DNA of 58,444 nt, filler included, from Dirinaria sp. TL-2023a (Eukaryota): NCBI GenBank assembly GCA_051941275.1. It is 3 parts of 3 records of this genome, joined end to end, with 100 filler letters (N's around TTAATTAATTAA, not from the genome) between each part and the next. Parts side by side here need not be neighbours in the genome. Positions count along the whole stretch, not along the records: positions 1 to 19,422 come from JAVEBF010000335.1; positions 19,523 to 38,935 come from JAVEBF010000336.1; 1 more part is not named here. One strand, written 5' to 3'. The notes under the pieces were generated by a model, which saw nothing but the letters and a program-made list of their open reading frames with translations, was not told where the DNA came from and ran no database searches. Shown here piece by piece: positions 13,824 through 23,399 of the stretch. The position numbers and the translations under genes were made by a program. Within the stretch, counting starts at the first letter, position 1. Each line of letters starts with the position of its first letter.

Positions 13824-16800
13824 ATGGGTGTCCCAAAATTCTTCCGTTGGATGAGCGAGCGATACCCAGCCATTTCGCAGCTCATAGCCGAGAATCGAAT
13901 ACCGGAGTTTGACTGCCTCTATCTGGACATGAACGGCATAATCCACAATTGCACTCACTCCGATTCAGATTCGCCAACATTCCGCATGACCGAGGACAAG
14001 ATGTTTATACAAATCTTTAATTACATTGAGCATCTCTTCGGCAAAATCAGACCCCAGAAATTATTTTTCATGGCGATTGACGGCGTCGCACCTCGAGCAA
14101 AAATGAATCAGCAACGGGCGCGGCGCTTCAGGACCGCTCTGGACGCTGAAAAGGCGAAGGAAAAAGCCATCCGAGACGGCGTGGAGATGCCGACCGAAGA
14201 AGCTTTTGACAGTAATTGTATCACGCCGGGAACCGAATTCATGGCGAAATTGACAAAGCACTTGAAGTACTTCATAAGCAAAAAGGTGTCGGAAGATACA
14301 GATTGGCAGGGGGTAGAGGTCGTGCTGTCTGGCCATGAGGTACCGGGAGAAGGAGAACACAAAATCATGGAATACATACGGCAAGCTAAAGCTCAGCCAG
14401 AATATGACCCTAACATGCGGCATTGTCTTTACGGTTTGGATGCGGACTTGATAATGTTAGGCTTGCTTAGCCACGACCCCCATTTCTGTTTGCTCAGAGA
14501 AGAAGTCACGTTCGGACGCCAGAGTCAGAAGAAGTCGAAGGAGTTGGAGCATCAGAATTTTTACCTCATGCATTTGTGCATCGTAAGGGAGTATCTCGAG
14601 TTGGAATTTCAGGAACTCAAAGAGCCATCTGCATTGTCCTTTCCTTTTGACATGGAGCGAGTCATCGATGATTTCATTCTAATGGCCTTCTTTGTAGGCA
14701 ACGACTTTTTGCCTAATCTTCCCAATCTACATATCAACGAGGGCGCTCTTGCGCTTATGTTCAAAGTGTACAAATCTGTATTGCCAAAAGCAGGCGGCTA
14801 CATAAATGAGCTGGGAGTTATTAATCTGGAACGGCTGGCCTTGCTGCTCAATGAGCTTGCTGAGGTCGAGTATCGCTTCTTTGAAGCTGAGAACGCGGAC
14901 GCTAGCTGGTTTAAAGGCAAGCAGATGGCCAAAGTCGATGTCATGGAAAAAGGAAGTAGAAAAATTCCAACTTCAATAAGCAGTGCTCAAAGGAACATCT
15001 TCAAGGATGTCAAAAAATATGTCAATAGTGGGTTTGAAGGCCAGCGCAAGCAGCAAGTTTCGCTGGATCTTGGTTCAACACTGCCTGCACGAGATCGCAA
15101 ATTCGTTCAAGATCTAGCAGACGATCTTAGACTGCAGTGGAGGACCGTTGATGACGGCGAAGGAAATCGCCGTCTACAGTTGGGTTTCCCCGAGAAAACT
15201 GAAGACGGTGAGGAAGACGACGACGACGACGACGAAGAGTCACAGATTGCATTATTGAGGATATTGAAGCGATATGAAAAAGCAAAAGTAGTCGACGCCA
15301 GCGCCGAAGAGGTCCAGCAGCAGATGGACATGAAATATCAGCAGAAATTTCAGGGTTGGAAAGACAAATACTACAGAACCAAATTCGAGTGGGGTTTGGA
15401 CAATGAAGAGGAAATGCAGAAGCTAGCCGAGAATTACGTCCAGGGTCTGCAATGGGTACTATTCTACTACTATCGAGGTGTTGTATCTTGGCCATGGTTT
15501 TACCATTATCACTATTCTCCAATGATATCAGGTGAGTTGTTCAAACCGTGCCAAAGCAGGTTCACTAAAGCGGTATCCAGATGTCAAGAAAGGGCTGAAT
15601 GCAGATATCAATTTCCAGCTTGGCCAGCCTTTTCGCCCCTATCAGCAGTTGATGGGCGTACTACCTGATCGGAGTAAGCACATAGTGCCTTCGGTGTACC
15701 ACGACCTCATGACAAACCCCGAATCACCAATCATAGACTTCTATCCACGGGATTTTGATCTTGACATGAATGGCAAGAAGATGGAGTGGGAGGCTGTGGT
15801 CAAAATCCCCTTCATTGACGAGACACGGTTGTTAGGAGCGATGAAATCAAGAGACGCTTTTCTCTCTGAAGCTGAGAAAGATCGAAACGAATTCGGGGTT
15901 TCGCTGAGATTTTCTTATTCGCCCGATGTTTCCTACACCTATCCTTCGTCTCTGGCAGGAATTTTCCCCGACTTGCCTAATTGTCGCTGCGTCGAGAACA
16001 TATTCGATTTGCCTACTATGGAAGGCTTGGATCTTCATGTTGGTCTGATGGAGGGAGTCAAACTGGGCGAGAGTGCACTTGCTGGCTTTCCCAGTCTAAA
16101 GACTCTTGAGCATACGGGCACGCTTGGCTTTCACGGTGTCAATGTTTTCCAGCAGGACAGTCGCAACGAGAGTATGGTCATTACTTTGTCAGACTCCGAC
16201 AAGCGTTCAAAGATTGGATGTGCCAAAGCCCTGCTTGGCCAAAGAGTCCATGTCGGCTTTCCGTTCCTGTCAGAAGCCAAGGTTACCCGAGTCTCAGACG
16301 AAATGTTCAGTTATACTTTACCTCAAACCGGGTTAGAAGCGCCAATCGCCACTCCCCACGGTCCCCAGGAACTTGAGATGTGGCACAAGAAGGCCGAGCG
16401 GATCGAGTCAGTATACAGCAAACGGCTCGGCACGCTAATCGGTCAGGTAGAATCACTCGTGCACGTGGACATGTTGAAAGGCCTCAAAAAGACAGATGAC
16501 GGAGCTTCAGTTAAAGAGTACGCACAGATTCCAGGAATTGAGGTAGATTACGCTTCCCAGACGGTTGTCGAAGAAGTTCTTAGCGAGGACCAGCGGTTCA
16601 TCGAGAAGGCTGCCTTACCGATAGAGGAGGAGTTCCCCGCTGGCACAAGGGCCTTCTTCCTGGGAGACTTCAATTACGGCAGGCCGTGCGAAGTTGTTGC
16701 ACATGCATCAAACAAGGCTGAGATATGGGTTTCGACAGCGACAAGCAGATCCCGCGAGTTTGGCCGCGATATTGTTGCAGATGTAGAATGCCATACACCT

Positions 16801-18171
16801 TATACGCCTTCCTATGCGGTCGCGAGAATGCTGAGTCTCAATTCATTGGTACTCAGCAAACTCACCTCTGCCTTTCAGGTTCTTCTAGATGATGGCCGTA
16901 TCAATCTTGGTCTCAACTTGAAATTTGAAGCTAAGAGGCTGAAAGTGCTCGGATATTCACGACGTAGCGACAGCGGCTGGGAATTCAGTCAGAAAGCAAT
17001 CGAACTTGTGCAACAATACATGGTTCATTTTCCCAACTTCATCGCTGGCATACAAAGGAACCCACAGGGTAAGGATTATGACGCGACCGACTTCTATCCT
17101 CCAGAACAGGCCAAAGCCAAGGTGAAGGAAATCCAAGCATGGCTAAAGTCTATTGAGGCGAAGAACTTCCAGAAAGTCCCACTTGATGCCGAACAGCTTG
17201 ATTCAGAGGCGGTTCACAGGATAGAACAAGCTGCAGACGAAACAATCCTTAGCAATCCACCCACAGCAAGTAAAAACAAGAAAGTTATGGGTGTGCCACG
17301 AAATAGCCTGCTAAAACCTTCTGATGCAGAGCACCGCTTAAGCCATCAACGCTTCGCCCTTGGAGATCGCGTCGTCTATGTACAAGATTCAGGAAGAGTT
17401 CCAATTGCTACACTTGGGACTGTGGTCGGGAAGACAAGGACTCCGAGGACCATTTTGCTCGACCTGGTTTTTGACGTCAGCTTCATGAGCGGTACTCCGC
17501 TTGAAGGTAGATGCTCGCCATTCCGCGGCTCGACTGTACCAGCACACGCTGTGCTCAACATTACCGATCGCCAACTCATCGTTGGCTCCAGAGCAGCTAC
17601 GCAGCATCGACCTCCAGCTGCTGTCCAATCCTTAACCGCAGGTGGCTACGGTGCACCGACCGGCCCGGATGGCCAAGGCCAGCTAGTCCCTGCTCAAGCT
17701 CCAGCGCCATTACGAGGGTCCTACCGCGGAGCGATATCAAGGCAGCAGAATGGAGCTCGTGGAGGAGGCATGCACAGAGGACAAGGACTCGGTTTCGATG
17801 GAACACCTAATGGTTCATCACGCAAACTGACTATTCGGAGCCAAGATCCAGCGATGGCTAGCGGGCCGCAGGGAAGAGGCGGCCAGACGAATGGCACGGT
17901 CAATCGCGGACGTGGCAATGTCGCACCTCAGCAACTCACTCGAGGGGGCTACACCAAGATCGACTTGACTGGATCAGACGAAGGTGTTTTAAGGAACAAT
18001 CACGCTTTCCAACCTCAGTCGTATGCGAACGTTCCCCCACCAGCAAGCCTCGATGCTAGAGGCCGCACGAGGGCACGAGGCGGCTTCAGGGGCGGGACGG
18101 CTCGAGGGGATGGATATCGCGGACGAGGCACGTCGAGAGGGCGGGGAGCCCAGGCTATGGCGCCATCATAG
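13824..18171 (+). CDS. XRN1: 5'-3' exoribonuclease 1 (Xrn1/Kem1); one intron at about 15532-15580; RGG-rich tail
   Basis: MGVPKFFRW, LYLDMNGIIHNC, AIDGVAPRAKMNQQR, GEGEHKI, YGLDADLIML, GNDFLP, PIIDFYP..DMNGKKMEWEAVVKIPFID. The long C-terminal region is typical of Xrn1 rather than Rat1. Confidence 0.97.
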
Positions 18172-18229
18172 TCTCACCAGTAACAGTCGTATCATGATTC
18201 TGTTGGAATTCTATGTGCTGACCTCCATA

Positions 18230-18291
18230 TCACGTGCCGGGTAGACTTACCCGACGGTCACGTGCCGGGCAAGATTACCCGGCACGTGACC
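18230..18291. repeat. Perfect 14-bp inverted repeat plus a direct partial copy, containing three CACGTG boxes
   Basis: GGTCACGTGCCGGG (18256-18269) pairs with CCCGGCACGTGACC (18278-18291). An upstream copy TCACGTGCCGGGTAGACTTACCCG lies at 18230-18253. Confidence 0.85.
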
Positions 18292-18493
18292 AACCCTTTG
18301 TATATTATAGATGGGTTCCTCCCCCAGCTTCTAGATGGTAACTATGCGTTCTACCACCTAACTTTGACATTGACCGACCCTTCTCCCACCCAATATCGAC
18401 CTTTGACGGACGCTGAGCCTGTCTACGCAGCAGTTCAGTTGGATCTCTGATAGTATAAATCGAAGAGCCTCTTTGAGCGGTTACATGTAGTCA

Positions 18494-18655
18494 AAGTGTC
18501 GAGACCTTAATCGTGACTAGGTAAATTTCCCATGGATAGATAAAACACTGATAGAATTGTTACCAAAAGACTAATCAACCCAAGTCAGCCACTTCTTTGC
18601 CTATCTTACTACTTGTTGTATTTCTGATCGTAACACGAACCGATTCTGCCGCGAT
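18494..18655 (+). repeat. Left copy of a ~160-bp degenerate inverted/dispersed repeat (partner at 20581-20749)
   Basis: Shares ordered blocks GTGTC..AGAC, TTTCCCA.TGG, CCAAAAGACTAA, CCAAGTCA, CTATCTTACTACTTG and TCGTAACA with the reverse complement of 20581-20749. Confidence 0.75.
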
Positions 18656-19422
18656 GCGAAAACCCAAGCAAGCGAGACTGTGGCACTAAGAATGAGACAC
18701 GGGCGATGACGGGCGTGTATATACTTTCTCTGGAGGAGCATGTCATGATTTCACATGTTACCCGGGTCAAGTGTTTACACTATGAATGTTGTTCACCTCG
18801 CTACCCGGCATAGAAGGTTAGATACTTAAACCGGGTCGAGGTTCACAAACCTCTTTCTTTTTTCTTTCTTCTTTACGAATTATCTTGTTATCTAATTTAG
18901 TTAGTACATCAATGCCAACACTTCTTCAAGAACACTACCTTACCTAAGTCACTCACGTGACAGAGCAGAGGTGTCAGGGATCGGAGCTACCTAGGTATGA
19001 CATTGGTGAGGAAATTAGCTATGCAGAACTATGCTACAGGGGAGCGAGCTTCTTTCAAGACAGCTTCAACACTAATGCTCTGGACCCACGCGCGACAAGA
19101 GACTCCAGTTGTCAATGCTTATAGCTATGGAGCAAGAAAGAACCGAGCAATGTGCTATGTTAAAAAAACGATTGCTCCGTCAGCGGTCATGCTTCTTCCA
19201 GGTTCGACGATTCAGATTTTCATCCAAGCCTCATGAAGTCAAGTGTCTAATGACCGCCGTGATCCATCTCATGTCCAAAAGCATGTGCGGTATCAAGCAA
19301 AAGTTCAGACTATCATAGATGATAATTGAACGATCTCTGTACAAAATTTGCTGAAGGGCCCGATGCTGCTTGATCGTTGCTAACCGTGACTATAGCTATA
19401 CCAAGGGCCCCGGGTTCAACCC

Positions 19423-19522
19423 NNNNNNNNNNNNNNNNNNNNNNNNNNNNNNNNNNNNNNNNNNNNTTAATTAATTAANNNNNNNNNNNNNNNNNNNNNN
19501 NNNNNNNNNNNNNNNNNNNNNN
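19423..19522. other. Assembly spacer (44 N + TTAATTAATTAA + 44 N); contig join, not biological
   Basis: Identical 100-nt layout to 38936-39035. The 12-mer has stops in all six frames. Confidence 0.95.
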
Positions 19523-19887
19523 ATCTGATTCATTGCCTTATCTCTCATGTTCATCATAATGCTTCAATCTTCTAGACAGCGTAATGCTGCATCGCGCTTC
19601 AATCGATATTTCTTAATAAGATCGAGTACTGCATTGTCGTCGTTGCGGACTCAATGCTTCAATTGATCGACAGTGTTGATGAAATTCGAAAAGTCTGCTT
19701 GATCTGTTCTCGAAGAGAGATCTTCTGATTCTTCTGACAGTATCGACACGCGACGATTTGCCGTCTTCTTTAATAGATCTTTCACCGTCTGAGGCAGATA
19801 AATCGCATCGTCAATGAGGTCATTGACGATCGAGAAGGTCTAAGTCTGGGTGAGCTGTGCTCGAGGGTCTGATATCTGTCTAGACAT
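19523..19887 (-). pseudogene. Mutated gag-like ORF of LTR element B (N-terminal part; runs into the gap)
   Basis: From the ATG at 19887 it reads MSRQISDPRAQLTQT*TFSIVNDLIDD..EESEDLSSRTDQADFSNFINTVDQLKH*VRNDDNAVLDLIKKYRLKRDAALRCLED*SIMMNMRDKAMNQ. One frame with 3 stops, about 95 nt downstream of the 5' LTR. The gag call rests on position, not on a recognised motif. Confidence 0.6.
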
Positions 19888-19969
19888 TCTGATTTCTATA
19901 ATTATAAGGTCTTTTATTGCGATTGCTTGATCTACTCGTGCAACGCCGACGAGTGCAAAGATAAGGGTG

Positions 19970-20173
19970 ATAGTTAGTGTAATGTCAGGGTCTGCACAGC
20001 GCTCAATGGCATATGAGTGCTAGTAAACTAGGACACTAACTATGAAGAAGAAAAGGAAAGGAAATCTATCTACAGAAAGACTCAAATAGGGACCCGGAGC
20101 AATATCGGTCCGAGGGGACGCTGGGCCTGATCATGTGACCTGACCTAAGGTGCTCCAGGTCTAGGTTCATGAC
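19970..20173 (-). mobile_element. 5' LTR (191 bp, TGTCA...TGACA, 20173-19983) and self-priming PBS of a Ty3/gypsy Tf1-like retrotransposon (element B)
   Basis: Inverted TG..CA termini. The PBS ACACTAACTAT (19980-19970, minus strand) is the exact reverse complement of ATAGTTAGTGT inside the LTR (20043-20033, minus strand). Confidence 0.75.
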
Positions 20174-20186
20174 AAAGATCAGTGTT

Positions 20187-20555
20187 AAGAAAAGAGAGCA
20201 AATGTAACAGTAATATCTGATACATTGATATATATTAATCAATGCAGACTAGCGCCGCTTGACAGTCGAAGATACTCAGAGACAATTCTTCGAGATCTGA
20301 AGCATGACTAGCGTCGTCTAAAAGTCAGCGTCGAAAGATTGAATCTCGAGATTAACTAGAAGTCAGTGAGCGATTGACGTTTATAAAGCATTGTGTCTAC
20401 GAACGCTCGTGACTCGTCAGCGCGGAGCTCGTCATGATGAGGCAATGTTAACGCTCGCGGTTAAGTATAGAGGATCACTCACTCTTTCGAAGAGGGTCCT
20501 TAGTAATTAGTTCTAGCAGGAACTACAGTATCAGGTAGTCATATAATCTATTACA
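20187..20555 (+). mobile_element. Polypurine tract and 3' LTR (20203-20555, 353 bp) of an older LTR retrotransposon (element A)
   Basis: AAGAAAAGAGAGCAAA sits directly before TGTAACAG. The LTR ends CTATTACA (7/8 inverted match). The sequence is strongly CC/GG depleted. Confidence 0.65.
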
Positions 20556-20580
20556 CTGCCACGTCTTTCACACAAGTACT

Positions 20581-20749
20581 GCGTCGGCGGGTAATCGACG
20601 CATACGACCTTATGTTACGACCCTGGAAACAAAACCAAGTAGTAAGATAGACACCAAGTCCTTTGACTTGGTTTAGTTAGTCTTTTGGCGCTGCCGGGAC
20701 TTTTACCATTGGGAAACCTATCTAACCAAGGTTGGGTCTTTGACACCTT
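20581..20749 (-). repeat. Right (inverted) copy of the ~160-bp degenerate repeat at 18494-18655
   Basis: For example, CAAGTAGTAAGATAG (20636-20650) is the reverse complement of CTATCTTACTACTTG (18601-18615), and TTAGTCTTTTGG is the reverse complement of CCAAAAGACTAA. Confidence 0.75.
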
Positions 20750-20868
20750 ACACAGTATTAAATGTTTGTCTTGATCTGATCAGAACGTTTTATGCTCTAG
20801 TATCATGTATCATGCGAAGCGAGATCTATAGCGGCTTGGCAGACGCATCTCTGATATAAGCGACAGTA

Positions 20869-20905
20869 TAGGGTTAGGCTAGGGTTAGGGTTTATATGTA
20901 GGGTT
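20869..20905 (+). repeat. Short interstitial telomere-like tract
   Basis: TAGGGTTAGGCTAGGGTTAGGGTTTATATGTAGGGTT: 4-5 imperfect TTAGGG units. Confidence 0.7.
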
Positions 20906-21954
20906 GCGATGTTAATTTTTTTTCCAAAGGTCTGAGTTCTGAGGCAAACCTTAAGGTACCTTAGGATTTTACGTGAATTCTATGTGAACGCCTTGGCAGT
21001 ACGAAAGTAAATTACAAGACATGGTACGGTATGTACGTATCGTCTCAGTGGCACTGATTCGAATGATGATCCTTTTTCGCTCCTTTACTTCGACTGCCTA
21101 CTACATTCTCCATTCTCGCTACGCCTTTATGGCATTACAGCGGCCGAGGCGCCCCTGAGCGTTTCGAGCCAACATTCCGGTGATCTCTTCGCATAACAGC
21201 TGGTTTTGGGTCTCCAAAGAAAAGGCAATAATGATTGCTTAATTGACTTCCTACATACAAATTCCCAGCAAGGCTTTCTACCCCTATTTGAAAGTGACCA
21301 TAGGCTGCGAGCTGTCGACAGGGCTGGCAGGTTATGAAATGCTGGGCCAGTCAGACATCGGCAAGCCAGCTAATCGGCGCCCGCACCCATCTTTCAAACC
21401 TTCAAGAAGATGTATGTTGCTAAGAGTGCTCATTGTTGGCTTTGAGAGACAAGGATCAACAAGTCTCCAGTAGCCTGACTGCCTTATGCCAAATTCTAAT
21501 ACTGGCTCCAGCTAGCTATGACTGCCAGTTGTCAAAGGCATACAGAAAACCAAAATATTAATTGGGCCTACCTCGTCAAACTTTGCATCCAAACATAGGT
21601 CGTCTCGTTATGTCTGATCAGCATGAGGATTCATTGCGTCGATCAATAGGGTTAAGATAAATCTGCCGAGAAGCTCACAATCATCTCGAGAGGCAATAGC
21701 CTGCACGATAACGCTTGATCTTGCAGGATTCCAATGGTGAGAGCAATGATCTTTCGCATAGTGCCAAGTTTCTGTTGAATGCCGTGAAGACCTTTCTATT
21801 GCTGGTGTAAGGTGCCTCTGCCGTGCTGAATCCCTACGCTGGTGCAGTAGAGACGATCTTTGATACAATTAACGTGCTGATTTTGCAGCAAATTAAATAT
21901 GGGGATGGGCTCTTGGCGGCGCATTCATAACTGAGAGATATCATCCAGAGCATG

Positions 21955-22795
21955 TTACTGTTGAGATGCTGGCATCACTCTGGCGCCTCCCTGCGCCGAC
22001 TGTCCTTGAGCGGGTAATACATCTGAGACCTCTTCGATGGCCGCTTCGGTCTCAGGGTCACCCGCAGGCATGTCCATTGCCTGATTTTCTTGGCCTGTAT
22101 ACATAGCGTTCCGCCGTTGATCGGCAATCTGGATTTCTTTGATGGCCCAGGCTTTCCACTCCTCGAACTGTTTATCCTCCAATTCCATGCCCACTTCCAG
22201 TGCTGATTTATGAAAGTAAGCTCCTGTTGCTAACGCTTCTTCCTGTGCTACCATGCGCTGGACATCCTCTTGGAGACGGAGCCTATAAAACTCCTTGCGT
22301 GCCTGATCGTAAGCTTTGGCAGAGCTCATACCGGGTACATTATCCTGGAGCCACATCTGCCGTTGTACGACACTTATCTAGTTTAGAGAGATTCGCCATC
22401 TGCTCGCGAAATGCTCACCTTTCCCCATTCAGCGTCCGTCTAGGCTGGGCTATCCTGCTCCAGTCATCCTTCTGATAGTCTCGGCCATCATTTTCTAGTA
22501 CCATTCGTGGTCTGGCTAACTCCCATGGATGATCCCCAAAGAAGGTCTCCCGCAGAGCGTCCTCTTCGTAACCTATCGCGGTCGGTTGGAAGAGCTTGCT
22601 GGCTTTTCTTGATCCCAGCCGTGCTTGCTTTACCTTTGACTTGTGCTGCAGCGGTTGTGTGCGGACAAGAGTCGGAGCAGGAGGTATAGCCCCTAGGACA
22701 CTATGCCAGTTGGGCAGCTTCTTGATCTTGTCTGTTGCAAGGAAACGGTTGGCTGACTGGTGGACTCTAAGGGCTCGGAGGTCGTGGCGGCCCAT
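21955..22795 (-). CDS. RSM25: Mitochondrial small-subunit ribosomal protein mS23 (Rsm25); 2 exons
   Basis: [77 protein letters not shown]. Confidence 0.92.
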
Positions 22796-23399
22796 AGCAA
22801 GTTCCGCTACGAGCGATTCGTAAAGATTCAGCAACAATTCTCAGAAGCTAATCCGAAAACAGTGAAAAAGGGATACAGCAAGTCAATTTGAGATTTGGGA
22901 AGATACTAGGTAGTAAGATCTTACTGTAAAAGTTGTCTTGAAGGTAGCTAAGCGTTTGACCGGCATCGACCTGCTTTAAGGTACTGTATCTTGGTTTAGA
23001 TTACCGTACCTCTCCTTACCTCACATTGTCCGTAGTAGGGTTATATCAGGGCTGGGAAACTGGTCCTACATGCAGAGTGACGTTATTCATTAGCGCCGGC
23101 TAATAGTTGAAGCGACAGAGCGTACCTGCATTTATGCAGGTCGTGTTCAAGTTGTCACTTTCATCATCACGCTCAATCCCCTTTGTCGTCTCATCATCAT
23201 GAAGGTTGAATTATTCTCCCACTTCACACTTCCATCAAAACGATCACTCTCTGGCTGTGACCATGTGAACGTTCCTCAGTACATTGCTCCCTATGTCCAT
23301 GGCTTCAGCTAAGCCGGGCATGGGAAGATCGCTGATGCGACCGTTGAAAGCTTAACCTCAAACCTTTTCCCCAGCTGAGCCAGAAGTTACGGCAATACC

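Noticed and set aside
19195..19215. GGTTCGA T-loop-like words (also at 40161 and 49568)
   Set aside because: No cloverleaf or A-box spacing; not tRNAs.
19467..19478. TTAATTAATTAA palindrome inside the N run (also at 38980-38991)
   Set aside because: An identical 100-nt construct occurs at both gaps; it is an artificial contig linker.
20869..20905. Possible telomerase RNA template or chromosome end
   Set aside because: The units are imperfect, internal and flanked by ordinary genes, with no other TER features visible.
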